Source of the DNA: Callorhinchus milii
Taxonomy: Eukaryota
NCBI RefSeq assembly: GCF_018977255.1
Contig: NW_024704743.1
Location: 14,510,001 to 14,574,000 of the forward strand
Length of the DNA stretch: 64,000 nt
Direction of reading: 5' to 3'
In this document: positions 40,687-54,732 of the stretch, piece by piece
Layout of the letters: each line of letters starts with the position of its first letter
Position numbering within the stretch: the stretch's first letter is position 1
Position numbers and translations under genes: made by a program
The notes under the pieces: generated by a model
What the model saw: the letters and a program-made list of their open reading frames with translations, nothing else
Told to the model about the DNA's origin: nothing
The model's database searches: none

Positions 40687-41049
40687 ATATAATAAAACTA
40701 TGAAAGACCATTTTTTCCATATACACTACAGCGCAGTACTGCACCTCACGTGCAGAAAACATGTACTATTCAACGAATGGCACAACCAAACAGGTTTCAA
40801 ACCAAAACTGTGCAGTTGCAACTTTATGAGTTACTGGTGCATTTAAAATTAAGTGGGTTTAATAGGAAATTGACGGGACCTGGGCAGATGTACAACTTAG
40901 GTGATTATACAATTTATATAGATCAGACATCTGCGAGTTTTATTATGTAAAAAGGCATGTGGAAAAACGAATAACCACTTGCTGACAACCAATCGCAGAA
41001 CATACAATGCCAAAAATGTTAATCTAGCTAGTCTAGACTCTCTATGTCT

Positions 41050-42307
41050 CAAACGACATTCTCTCTATCTGTGACCAGGGCTCACTTTGCCTCCTCGTCC
41101 TCCTGGATTTCTATGCAGTGTTCGACACAAGTCGACCACACCATCCTCCTCCATCGGCTCTCCTCCCTCATCTACCTTATCGGGACCGCACTCGCATGGT
41201 TCGAGTCCTATTTAACCAACCGCCTCCATTTCATCTCAGCAAATGGTTTCTCCTCCTGCCCCCACCCGGTCACCTGCGGAGTACCCCAGGGCTCCATTCT
41301 TGGCCTCTTTTTCTGATGTATATGCTCCCTCTGGGCAATATCATCCACAGATGCAGGATAAACTTCCACATGTATGTGGATGACACACAAATCTACTTTG
41401 CCTCCTCCAGTACCAACTCCAGGTCCCCCGATGTTCTATCAGCTTGTTTGGCAGACATCAAGGCCTGGATGAGTGCAAACTTCCTGTAGCTGAATATGGA
41501 CACGACGGAAGCCATACTCCTTGGCTCCCGTCAATGTCTTCACTCCTGCGGATCTAAACTCCTCAACCTCTCTGGGTTCTCCCTCAGCTTCACCAAACTA
41601 GTATGCAACCTAGACGTCTGGTTCAACCCCCAGCTTCCTCCCCACATGTGGTCCCTGACCTGGACTGCTTCTTCCACCTCTACCACATTGCCCACCTCCG
41701 ACCATACCTTACCCCAAATGCAGCCCAAACCCTCGTGCATACGTCTGTCGCCTCCCACTTGGATTAATCCAACACACTCCTCGCCGGTCTCCCCAGCTCT
41801 ACCATTCAAAAGATCCAGCTCATTCAAAACTGCCCGCACATAATGATCCAGACCAAACTTCGTAACCACATCTTACCAGTTCTGGCCAGGCTCCACTGAC
41901 TCCCCATCACCGAATGGACTGACTTCAAGATCCTCACACTCGTGTTCAAATCCATTCACTCCCTGGCACCTCCCCACCTCTCCAACCTCCTCACTCTCAA
42001 TTCACCACCTGGCTCCCCACTCAACTGGCAGCGGCCTCCTGCTCATCCCTCGCACCCTCTGCCCCACCATCGGAGGTTGTGCGTTCAGCCACTACACCCC
42101 AAAACTCTGGAACACTCTCCCTCAATCCCTCCGCCTTGTCCCCCCTCTCCCCTCTTTCAAGTTCCGCCTGAAAACTTTCCTCTTCGCCCGTGCTTATGGT
42201 CACCTCCCCCTTCCCCCCGGCTTGGAGTCAGACGCCGCCACTGTTAAGCACTCTGAGACACTACCCTGTGTGGAGGGCACTATATAAGTGAAAGTTGTTG
42301 TTGTTGT
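41050..42307 (+). mobile_element. L2 LINE of a second subfamily
   Basis: GVPQGSILG and HMYVDDTQIY motifs; distinct tail CTGAGACACTACCCTGTGTGGAGGGCACTATATAAG(TTG)n. Confidence 0.9.
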
Positions 42308-44056
42308 AGACTCCTTATTCTTTAAATGCAATTCAACCTCCGCATAGAATGCAATAGTCCATCATGTAACAAAGAGAAGACCACTGGGATATGTTTTAAG
42401 CTAATAATAAAATAAGATTTGTTCTTAAAACATATTGCAATGTTTTTACGAGGTGATGGGACAGAAATAACCCACATTTAGAAGTCACAGAAATTACAGC
42501 CCAGAGGAAGGTCATTGATTACATCAAGACTAGGTTGGTTCTAACTCCTCCACTGGAGTTAATTGCTCTAATTCAAATTAATTGTCTACTCCATATAACT
42601 TGATATTTTTGTTGTTAACCTTTCTGTTCCAGTGAAAACAGATCATTTTTTTCTACCTGGACACTGACCTTTGGAATTTTTTGTATGTGCAACCTTTTTT
42701 TCCCATGTAGGTTACAACAACAACAAGAACTACAACAACTTGTATTTATATAGTACCCTTCACATGGGGTAACTTCCCGGAGAGCTTGTCACACATCCTT
42801 TGTTCTTTTTTCCCCAAAATGTACTATAGTACTTCACATTTTGCAACATTAAACTGTATCTGCCACCTATTTGCCACTCTGTAATGTCCTCTTGCAGTTT
42901 CATGCATTCTTTCTGCCTAATTTACTATCAGAAGAAAATTATTAATATTATTAATAGTTTATTTAGACATTGTTTCCCCTGTGCCTATTTCTGAATCAAT
43001 AATATAGCCGCAAAACAATAACTGCTTACATCCATTTACCTCTCCCCCTCCCTTCTCATTTTGAGCACTCTCTTTCTCCCTTCATGCTAAGAAATTCCTT
43101 TCCTACCATGTGGTGTAATTTTCTCAACTAGTTATTTTATCAACTGTGTTCTGAAAATCCATTTCTAAAATATCAACGGTATTATCTTTCTCTAAACTTA
43201 TGTGACTTCTTCAAAAAATTCAATTAATTAGTCATGAATATCTTGGCCTCGACCAATCAATGCTGAAATTTATACTATACTTTCAGTGTAAATGATCCAA
43301 AGATACTGTACCACAAAGGTGGAGTTTAAAAAGCAGTTATCTTTGTACATGCAAACTTAAGTCAATTCTTGTTTCTAGACAGCTTGTGAAACCAGCTGTG
43401 AAGGAAATCAATCAAAAGGAAATCAATTTCTTCAATTCAATATAAATAGAAATGAAGCCCAGCCGAGAATGGACTCTCTGCCCTCCAGCACCACTGGTGT
43501 CTTATTTATAATAATAATAATCATAATCCCTGCATTTGGTATAGGGCCTTATCATGTTGTTGAGACATCTCAAAACGTTTCACAGAATATATTGTAAAGT
43601 GAATTGACTGTCTATTTTTTGGGCGAAACACGGCATCCGATTGCACACAACAGTGTCCCGCAAACAGTCGTGAAATGCTTCCTCTTGAATGCATTTATAT
43701 TCACAGTTTAAGTTAAATTGCAACAACAAAATCAAATTGACAACAACAACTTGCATTTATATAGCGCCTTTCCGTGGGTAGCGGCCCGGAGTGCTGGAAA
43801 CTTCAGTTACTTTCTGTAGATTCTCTAATCCCTGTTTACTGAGGTCACCAACCAGAATTATCTATACGAGCTATTTCAAATTAAATTTTTCTTTCCATAT
43901 TAATAAGATCCTTGGGTGCTAGGTGGGTCATAGTCTCGTTTTGAAAATTTAAGCTTCCTGAACTAAGGATATTTTCCCCTCATTCTGGGTGAGCAGAAGC
44001 TTCTGTGTTTCTAAGACTATCATTTCAGTGGTACGAGCAGTTTGCCTGTCCCAAGA

Positions 44057-44505
44057 ACAACAACAACAAGATTCCATTTATAAAGCGCCTTTCATGTCAG
44101 GAGGACGTCCCAAGGCGCTGCACAGTTGGGTCAGGACCCGAGCAGGGGAAATGGTCAGGGTGAGGGGAGGGAAGGGAGGGAGCGAGGAGGGGGAAATGTC
44201 AGGGTGAGGGGAGGGAAGGGAGGGAGCGAGGAGGGGGGAAATGGTCAGGGTGAGGGGAGGGAAGGGAGGGAGCGAGGAGGGGGAAGAGAGTCGAGAGGGG
44301 AGCTGAAGGCTCGGTCAAAGAGAAAGGTCTTGAGACCGGCCTTGAAGGAGGAAAGGGAGGAGGCGGCGAAGGCACTGGGGGATAGAGTTCCAGAGCCTGG
44401 GGGCTGTGAGGCTGAAGGCCCGACCACCGATGGTAGGGCGATTGGGGCGGGGGACGTGGAGCAGACCAGAGCCGGAGGAACGGAGGGTACGGGCAGGTAG
44501 GTAGG
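44057..44505 (-). mobile_element. L2 3' fragment with internal 45-bp tandem triplication
   Basis: ORF 44315..44533 'PTIGGRAFSLTAPRLWNS'; the AAATG anchor recurs at 44149, 44194 and 44239. Confidence 0.9.
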
Positions 44506-44714
44506 GGAAGAACATTTCTCCTTTGAATCTCACGGCTGATCATTGAATTGAAAGAAATTGATTTCTTTGGGTTCTGGCTCACCTCACTCTCTCTCAAATG
44601 AAATACTAGTAAACGTGAAAAATGGGTATATAGAAGTCCTCGACAAGTAAAGCCAACTCTTATAACTTAAGTAGAATACAATCACTGATGCCAAGCTGAC
44701 CTTAGTGATACTAG

Positions 44715-44865
44715 AAATCATAGAAGATTCATAGAATCATAGAATTGTACAGCACAAAAAGAGGCCATTAGGCCCATCGAGTTTGTGCCGGCTCTTTGAA
44801 TAGAGCAATTAATGTCAATCCCACTCCCCAGCCTTTTCCCCATAACCCTGCAAACCCGTCCTCTT
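44715..44865 (-). mobile_element. CR1-type 3' tail fragment (similar ones at ~3925-4060 and ~35629-35720)
   Basis: (CATAGAAT)n followed by GAGGCCATTAGGCCCATCGAG. Confidence 0.75.
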
Positions 44866-44895
44866 CAGATACCTGTCCACCACGTTACTAAGTTA

Positions 44896-45245
44896 TAATA
44901 ATCCTTGCATTTGATATAGTGCCCATTACTTCGTTGAGATGTCTCAAAGCGCTTCACAGAATATACTGTAAAGTGAATTGACTGTATATTTTGTGGGCGA
45001 AACATGGCAACAGTGTCCCACAAACAGTCGTGGGTTGAGTAACCAAATTTGTTTTTTGAAGGATTATTTATTATCCCTTCAAAAGCGATCCACCATACGA
45101 CTAACAATCAGGTTTCTACTTACTGCTACGTAAATAGAGGTGTGTGGAGTTAGGAAACTTGCCGAATGTTTTGCCCTGCCGAGAATCGAACCCAGGTCCT
45201 CTCACTTGCGAGGCGAGTGCTCTAACCACTAGGCTACAGGACTCT
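44896..45245 (-). mobile_element. tRNA-derived SINE (long variant)
   Basis: Reverse-complement match to 33765-34123. Confidence 0.9.
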
Positions 45246-45324
45246 GGGGTTGCCCTGGATAATTACAGTAAAAGTAATTGATTCAAAGGGAAGCGTATGA
45301 ATTATGCCTGGCAGATACGATAAT

Positions 45325-45682
45325 ATTAATCCTTGCATTTGATACAGCTCCATTATCACATTGTTGAGATGGTTCAAAGCACCTCAGAGGATATACTGTA
45401 AAGTGGATTTACTCACAGCAACATCCCACAAACAACCAGCAACTGAGGAACCAATGTTATTTGGGGATTTGTTGGCCAGGACACCAGGAGAACCTCCCTT
45501 ATTTTCAAATAGTCCCATTGGATCTTTAACCTGAACAGGCTGACGGGACTGGAACCTCCAACAATGCAACAGGCCCTCATCATTGCATTGGAGTGTCATC
45601 TTACACTATGTGATTCCAAGTCCTGATATCAGGCTTGAACTCACAAACTTCTGAATCAGAGGGGAGAGTGCTGTAACTGACA
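45325..45682 (-). mobile_element. Deu-domain SINE
   Basis: Head GTCAGTTACAGCACTCTCCCCTCTGATTCAGAAG..GAGTTCAAGCC; core AAAGATCCAATGGGACTATTTG. Confidence 0.7.
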
Positions 45683-46645
45683 CACACATATATAAATGTA
45701 TATATGGATGGCCAACTTTGCTGCATTGTTCCCCATGAATAATAATTAAGATTGTGGTTGCTCTGATCTTGATTCCTCAATGGTTGGATGATGAACAGCA
45801 TTTTAGCTTAAAACCTTGGTTTCGAGATTCTTGCACGGCAATCACTGAGGTATTCTTACACCCCTGAAGTATCGCAATTGATATTAGTCAAAAATTATGA
45901 CATTATAAGGCAGACCCTGTATAGTTTTCATTGTAAGTTTTAAATGTTGAAGATTTTCTGGACACTAGAAGGTTAGTTATCATGGAAGGTATGAGCCCCT
46001 CAGCCTGCAGCTTGTTACTCTGAATAGCCATGCTGCCAAGCAGAGGTTCCTTGCTGCAGAGTGCCAGATATAGCTGTTCAATTGTAACAGGAGGTCTGAC
46101 CTGTGAGGAACAGTTAGAGGTTTCACTGATGCTATCTGCAAAGTTCCAGCAGCTCCTCCATCTGCTTTCCGAAGAATGGTTTTCCTTTGTAAGGGAGCTC
46201 CAAAAGCCCTGTTTGCAAACATATGGTGGTTGCTGTGAAGGAGGTTACGCTCACTCAACAGCAGCAATAGCACATGAAGTAGCTTAATCCACCAAGGTTA
46301 CTAGGATATCAGCAATAGACATCTGAGGTGTTCTGAGCAAACTAAAATTTGTGACACTTTCTGCTGTACACATTCAATTGGCCTACAAACTATGACCCCA
46401 ATTAGTCTGAAAGCATAGACACTTACATGGAGGCACAGAGTTCTTTGGAACTGTGTTGAATTTATCCAACTTAGAAGATTGACTGGAGACACTCTCCCCT
46501 CATCCCCAGGCAATTTGTGATGGATTAAATATAACAAGATTTGCATAAAGAAGTGGACTCTCACTGTTTACTTAACGTAACTGTGGGTGGCGTGGTGCAG
46601 CGCAAGCGGCAAAAGGTGCTTCACTCAGAGTCCCCACTGTTGAGA

Positions 46646-47052
46646 TTGTCTGTGTGTTTGTCTGTGTGAGTGTGTCTGTCTCTCTCTATGTGTTTGTGAG
46701 TGCCTGTGTGAGTGTGTCTCTCTCTGTGTTTGTGAATGTCTGTATGAGTGTGTGTCTCTCTCCTCTGTATATATGTGTTTGTGAGTGTGTCTGTGGTGTG
46801 TCTCTTCTATATGCATGTCTCTGTGTCAACGTGTATGTGTGTCTCTCTCTCCTCTGTCTGTATGTCTCTTTGTGTCTGAGTGTGTGTGTGTGTCTCTCTG
46901 AAAATATGTGTCTCTCTGTGCCTGTGAGTCTGTGTCTCTCTCTCTGCTTCTCTGAGTGTGTGTGTGTGTGTCTCTCTCTCTCTCTCCCTCGCTGTGTCGC
47001 TGAGTGTGTGTGTCTCTCTCTCTGTGTCATTGTGTCTCTCACTGGGTCTCTG
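46646..47052. repeat. Compound (TG)/(TC) low-complexity repeat
   Basis: Read directly; it produces spurious ORFs 46654..47055 and 46686..47042. Confidence 0.95.
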
Positions 47053-50000
47053 TGACTAAGTGACTGTTGGGCCCTGTGAGGCAGAAGGTAGTGAGCTCAC
47101 CCCATCTCCCCCCAAAAAAATCGACACCAAGTTTTTGTTAAAGAAGCAAAACAATTAATAATTTTTTTTGCAACAATCTATTATGTCTTATTTACTCAGG
47201 TTTATAAAGCGAAAAAATGTACTGCCAAAATGTAGGCTGGCAGTAAAATGTACCTCAATAGCACTACCAACTCCTTGCAATTCCCCGCAGGGTTGACAAA
47301 CTTCCCCGCAATTTTGGACAAATATTTACGCACTTTTCTATTGGCCCATGTCATACCTTATTATGCAAGTATGGGTTACATAAGAAATAATGAGAAACAA
47401 AATCAGTACCTTCCAGAATCAGCCTCACAGAGTAATGTGTTATATAATTTATGTGGGAGGCACTGTGCGTTATTATTGCTCTGTCTGAAGGCAACGTGGT
47501 ATGCATTGTGATAAAAAATTTTATTACAGAAATAGAGGAGCATTTCTCAGTTTCCCAAAGGTAGAACCTTGCATGATGTCCCATCACATATTAAACATAG
47601 CCAAGAAAATAATAGTTCCTCAAAATGATAAACATGTTTGTGTATTGGTACGTTAGAACTAAGTTGTACCACCTATTTTAATGAACTGACATGAAGCGAT
47701 GTACACACAGCTAAAATCTGAACCCATCTCGAAACTTATGATCATTATTTTTAAATCTCTTAATGAGTTCAGCAATGCCCTTGTGGATATCTGTTACTCT
47801 GATCATATTTTGTTGAAATCCCACACCCTCTCCACCACACACACACGCGGTATATTAGGAATACGATAGTTCCTAAGGAATAACAAAGATGATTTCCTCA
47901 CCCAGTGCTGGTGCAGAGCTTTTTCTGCAGTACCTTATCTGATTTCCCATTACCCAAACCAATGCATTTTCTTCCAACTAATTGTTTTCGTATTTAACCA
48001 ACCCATAATTTCCTTAACATCCTACCAAATGTCTTTAATGTCATCCTAAATAAACTATAAATTCAGTTTGGCTTAATATTAGTTGCAAAACAGACACATA
48101 AAATGTTCCTTTCAATAAATCTCTCCGTATGCACTGACATCAAACTCGATTAATGAATAGAAACAACTTTTATTAATCAGTGAAGTCCAACTACATGAAT
48201 ATATGTTCTAGGAGTATCGGGTTTATTAACGTCCCATTCTAACTCTCGACATGCTTTAGACTCACAGGATATTCTGAAAGGTCAACACTGCTGCCAACTT
48301 TTCTGGATTTTGGCAACACAGAGTGGAATAACTGCAAATAGACCGTGGATCAAATCCCTTCAATAATCTGTAGCTCTAATGTAAAAGAACTCTGACCAGT
48401 ACATTACAGCTATTACGAAAGAATACTGAATTAAAAAAGGAATCAACAATTTAAAAATCAGCCGGGGTGTCTGCCAGAGGAGTTTGCTTCAGTTTCGCAG
48501 AAAGAAGGGAAAAATAAGTAAAGTGTTCCATGGCTCAAGAACAAGATTGATCATCAGTACATATAAGAGTAGCAATCTGATCTTATGGCTACAATTTATC
48601 ATATGTGAGAAATAAAAATGGGTAAGAAAGGAGCATCCATCAAGTTGTTTCTTAAGTGAGTCCAGCTTCCTGCAATAAAACTCTATTGTCTTCCAACCAA
48701 TTTCTAATCCAGGTCACGAGATTGCACCAAATGTCATATGCCTTAATTTTAGCTAGTAATCTCTTATATGGTATCTTAGCAAATGCTTTATGAAAATCTA
48801 TATGAATTCCATCCATTGATCCTTCTTTTTTATCACCTCAGTGAGACATGATCTAACCTTCACAAAATCTTCACTCTTGTAAAGCAAGTAACTTCATTTC
48901 AAATGTACCGCATGAGATAGTTTCAACCAAGTCACAGAAACGATATTTATTCAGCTGTTAAATTATTTATATTAGGGAAACTGATACCACAGGTGGCAGT
49001 AGATTTCCTGCATTCCCACCATATGGCCATAGTTTTGCATCCCTATCTAGGAATATATGAGAGCAACCCTAATTGACTCATCTTCCAACTTTCTTCCCTC
49101 CTGTAGTGAAGCATCTCGACTTCACTCAGCATCACCCCAGACTGCAAGCTGAGAGGAGGAACTCCATATGGGGAAATCACAGCACAAATCTGAATCTTGT
49201 TATTCCATGATGTAGCATAATAGTACTCCCAACCAGCACTATTGGATGGTCAGGGTCTAATTTAAAGGGTAGAACAAGTTGTAAGCTAATTGAATCAAAT
49301 AACAAGTGATCTGCAGTATCTTCAGCCATGATGAACTTCACTAATAAAACATGGAGCAAATCCTTGGAGAGATCATTCATAGATACAATTGGAAATCAAT
49401 TGACAAATAACGTATTGCACAATAATAGAGTTTTGTTTTTACAAAGAATAGCATTTAACTTGGATTCCAGGTGATAAGGTCATTTTAAGCAGGGAATTAT
49501 TTCCCCAAGCAGTTTGGTTTGTCCTCCTGATGTGAAAGGCTCAATATTTCACTGGCTCAATACACCAGTGTATGGTATTGTATTTTGAATCTGAGCGTTT
49601 TATTTTTAAATCCATGATCTAGCTATTGAAAATGAAATATTTTTATATTCATATGAGGAAACCATAAGCATAGATGGATTCAGAAATTACTGTTATCAGC
49701 TAAAAAGGTGATTTGAGTGACTGATGGAGAGAAGGTGGATGGTGTGGTAGGTAATGGGCATCGGTTTGCAGCTGGTTGCTATGCAACACAGATCTCACAA
49801 GGATCTCTTAAAAGGGGAAATTGAAGAGGATACAGCAAAAGGCAACTAAACAGATAGCTGGAACTAGGCTCCAGACCTATCCGGAGAAAGGTGAATAATA
49901 GATTTCAATACTTAGTGCAAACAGTGGTAAAATATGTGGAATGGATTACATAGGAAGGGAGCGGAGAGATTGTGGCAGCAAAATGCAACAGTGAATTCAG

Positions 50001-51796
50001 CAGTTATTTGACAAGAACAACAACAAAATTATACTTGGATAGCGCCTTTCAGTTTAGGAGGACGACCCAAGCGCTAGACAATCAGTGTTTCGGACCCGAG
50101 CTGGGGGTCGGGATCGGGGAGGTTGGAGGGCAGTGGGGAGAGAATGGCAAGGGAGGAAGGAGGAGTACACAAATTTGAAAAGGTATAATTGAGTAATGTA
50201 TGAAGTAGTTTTATCTCTAATTTTAGGATCAGCCACATGGACCATAGTTGTATTTTCTGGTCCTGCATTCATTTCTAAGATATTCACATTCAAAGTGGAA
50301 AGTAGGAAAATAATTCTGCAATTAGTAAAGAACATGGAAAATACATTTTATTTCTGAATTTATAGTCTCAATAAGTTGCATTTTAAAGACAATCAATATT
50401 GTATTTTACAACAATGTACAGTATGTACCAGCTAAATTATTTCTTGGGATCAATTACTGATTACTTTTCAATAAACTTTCAGTCATCACATTATAGCTGT
50501 CAATTCTTCAGTATGCATATGCTTAAGAATCACTATGAAACACGGGTTTTTGTGCTATCTGTACTGAGATGATGTAAAGGAATACCAGATAGGATTTTAT
50601 GCCTTTAATCTCACCTCAAGATTCAGACATTATTTGAGATGACCTAAAAGAAAGGCTTCCCAAATTTTGGGCGACATTCCAGATCTTGGAAAGTCCTTTC
50701 CTTTTGTTACACCTTCACAGATCACTGGCACAGTCTCAGATTTGAAATCCATAGCCTCTCCACTCTGATTGTCTTAAGCAAATAAGAGGTTGGGAGCAGC
50801 ATATTAAAACTGGAGGGTAGGCTATCAAAGCAGCTAAGCTTTTTGCCTGCTATTAAGTATGAGGATAGGACTGGGATGTTCTAGAAAAAGACTGGAGATG
50901 AAGTAGCATCAAATTGTGAATAATAAAACACGGGTAGGAAGAATAATAGTCCACGACCGAAGGAGATAGGTACACCTGCGAGGAAGAAAGGGACTGGACG
51001 AAGGGAGGCTAAGATGCTTGACGAAGGCTGAACATGGGGAGTCAGAGAAAGTGATGACATAAATGCCTTGGAGTAAGTAGAAAAGGAAATTAAGAACATG
51101 GATATGACAAAGCCAGCACAAGGAAGATGAAGGCAAAAATGACTGGAAACAACAACTAGCAAAGGGAATATGGGATGTACCTAATGGCAAACTGAAAGGA
51201 GTGCTCACAAACATGATGGAGAAGCTGGTGTGCCTTAGGGAGGAAGATGTTGCTATGAGAAAAGAGTGTAATTGAGGGCAAGGTTGAGCGAAATGGTCAA
51301 ATGAACAAATGTTGGATAGGATTAGATTGAAATGAGGAATAGGTCTGAGTGAGCACAGTGAATCTATAAGGCTGAAAAACTAATGGTCAGAAATATCTGT
51401 CAAACAACAATTGAGCTTAATAACTGATAACTACACTATCTCGGACTGCAGTCTGGAAACAATTCGCAAGGCTATTTTATCAGGCTGCACACATCTGGTG
51501 TTAGTGGGATCCTATCCAGACCTCACATAGATCGATGAATGAGCTAAGTGGATCTCATATGGGTATAATCGGGAACCTTAGGTTTTCTATGTTATCAGAA
51601 AATCTTCACCAGATTGAGGTACGAGGAAAACCACACAGGCTGGAAGTCAAAAATATAAAGAGAAAATGAGATTACTGTTTCGGGCGTGCTCCTTCATTAG
51701 AAGTGAAAAAAATCTGATTAATTTGCTGTGGATGGCTAGCTATTTCTGACTTGATTAGATGATTGACTTGGAATCACTTCTGCTATCCATCATCCT

Positions 51797-52187
51797 AATA
51801 ATAATAATCCTTGCATTTGATATAGCGCCTTATCATATCTTTGAGATGTCTCAAAGTGCTTCACAAAATATACTGTAAAGTGAATTTACTGTGTATTTTG
51901 TGGACAAAATGCGGCAGCCAATTGCGCACAACAGTGTCCCACAATCAGACATGGATTGAGTGACCAAATTATTATTTTAAAAAAATCTATTTATTGTTTT
52001 GAAGGGATTATTACTGACGGAAAAGCGATCCGCCAATCAACTAACAACCGAGTTCCTACTTACTGCTAGGTAAACAAAGGAGTATGGAGTTAGGAAACTT
52101 GCTCAACGTTTTGCCCTGCCCTGGAATCGAACCCAGGTCCTCTCGCTTGTGAGGTGAATGGTCTGAGCTACAGAACTCCAGGACTCC
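51797..52187 (-). mobile_element. tRNA-derived SINE (long variant)
   Basis: Reverse-complement match to 33765-34123. Confidence 0.9.
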
Positions 52188-54507
52188 ACATATAACATAT
52201 AGAGAAAAAACACTTCTTAGTACATCATTGCTACAAACTCAAGGGAGGGAGTGGAAAAGGTTAAAAAATAAAGCAATACCCAGGTCAGGGCTAACAATGC
52301 CAGAGTTTAATTCATCTAACTGTATATTATTAGCATTATTTACTGTATTTTGCCCACAAAATAGTCAATTCACTTTATAGTATATTCTGTGAAGCGCTTT
52401 GAGACATCTAGAAGATGTGAAAATCGCCATATCAAATGCGAGGATTATTATTACAACAACAACAACAACAACAAGATTACATTTGTATAGCGCCTTTCAC
52501 GTCGGGAGGACGTCCCAAGGCGCTGATAATAAATAATAATATTATTATTTATTATTATTATCATATGATTGTACATCAGCAACAATTCTCAAATGAGGCT
52601 CATACCACACTACAAGGCATTTATTCAATGCTACGTCTTAAAAATATTTTAGTTATCCATAATTTTTTCTCATCGTTAAATCTTTTATAATAGGTTAATT
52701 CATTTGCCACAAAATGAACAAATTACACAATCAACATATCAAAACTGCCATCATTATCGGGTATCTAGGTATCACTACAGTGATACAGAGGAGAGAAATT
52801 ATTCAGTATTGATTGAGTATCGCTTCACTCCATCATATAAAAGTCTAGATGGGTAATGGAATCTCATTTGAACTAATTGTGGTAGGCTTGTTCTGCCTAC
52901 TGAGTAGTATAATTACTGTCATCTAGGACATAACCTGGCTCTTTCCATGTCAGATATGCCAAATTATCAACAGCAATACAATCAAGAATTTTACTTGAAT
53001 TTTAAAACATGTTGTGCTATTTCCTTCCTGCAGTTAAAAAAAAAGAACATTTTTATCAAGCTCTTCTGAATGAGTGCGAAGACTGCAGCCTGTGCTTGCT
53101 GCTGGCTAAAAATAGACACCAAGGCTTGTGAAGCTCTCTTACTGCTGAGATTCTCAGTAATGACAGCACAGTGGTTCAACTCTTGCTTGGATGATGGATC
53201 GACTACCACCTCAGTCCATCTGCTGCACAACTTAATAGTTCTAAATTAGCTACTGTGCCTGATCTCATGACCCTAGAAGGACAGAAACATCAATCACAAA
53301 CCTGCAGAAAGGTACGGATTTTGACAGTAAGCAGTACCACTGATTTTATTTATACTGAAGCAAGGATTGCATTGTGCACTGCATTCAAGTGTGTAAAAAA
53401 AAATCAACAATCCCGCATCTATTCCAGTCACTGAGGTATGCTCTCACTGATACCAACAAAAAAAGTACTTCATAGATACTCGATGATCCTTAGAGGAATC
53501 AAGTGCAGGTCTAGCATATTCACTCATCCTCCTGTTCACACTAGGTCTCATTAGGAATATTATACCTGTCCCCATACTTGTCCAAGTCTTTTTTGAAAGA
53601 GGCTAACAAATGTGCGTGCAGAAGCAATCGTTAGAGAAAAAAATGGCACAAGTTGAGCATCAAATACAATTAACTAACATTTTCTCTTTCTGCCATCCAA
53701 ACCTTCATACAATCTGTACACCCAAATAAAAGACGGAAAAAAGAAATTGCTAGGTCGTGCAAGTGACATTTCTTTCACACGATTCACACTGTGTGATCAA
53801 ATGTTCTTCACCAGTTCATGATGAATAAGAATTCAGAGGGAAAAAAAATAGCCTGGGGCAACTTAAAACTGTAAAGCATAAAAATAATGTACTGTAGTGG
53901 CAAATGATAAAACAATTTACAGTGACAGCTATGATTTATTGAAGCAATTCAGCTCTGTTTGGAAAATGCGTTAGCTTCACCCATACAGGCTAACAAACAC
54001 ATTGTAAGTTGAACAGGTAAAACCCAATCTAGTGATGCATTATTTACCTAAACCAAACCACAGTGACAAGAGCATCAGTTGTCAAAACCCAAGTGTAACT
54101 TGTGGAGCAGATTCATTTTTCAAAACATTTCTTGGCATGAACCTCATTCGATTATAATCTAGATTGGAAACCTAAGAGTAATAATCTGCCAACCAAGCAA
54201 CTAATGCAGAGCCGTCAACATGCATAATTTTACCCTTTAATAGCCAAGAACACACTTCATCAATTTTCAAATAGAACCTATTCAAGTATGCTTTCACTTA
54301 CAAAGACCAATTTGGATTTAAATTTTTTGAAACCCATTTACCCAGCTGTCAAAATCTGTTTGAAGACAAGCAGTGCAGCAATATCGATACTTTGATGACT
54401 CAATATTTTGTGATGATTCAAAGCATCTTATTCCAAGGTGCAAACTTCACAACTCTTTAACTGAAAGAGAGGAAGTGAAAATCTGAGGCAGAGTCACCAT
54501 TATAGTT

Positions 54508-54732
54508 ATAAACAAAATGCAAAATACTGCAGCTGCTGGAAATCTGAGGCAAAAACAGAAATCACTGGGAACACTCAGCAGTTTCAGGCAGCATCTCTTG
54601 AGAAAGGAAAGTGAGTCAATGTTTTGGGTCCATGACCCTTCATGAGTTCTGACGAAGGGTCGTGGATCCGTTGACTTTCTCCATAGATGCTGCCTGACCT
54701 GCTGAGTTTTTCCAGCGACTTCTGTTGTTGTT
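54508..54732. mobile_element. Palindromic hammerhead-like element with perfect 14-bp TSD
   Basis: TCACCATTATAGTT at 54494-54507 and 54733-54746; same family as 10093-10301; contains CTGACGA-A-GGGTC. Confidence 0.82.

Noticed and set aside
46625..47055. ORFs rich in VC/LS or HT/RE
   Set aside because: Translation of a TG/TC simple repeat.
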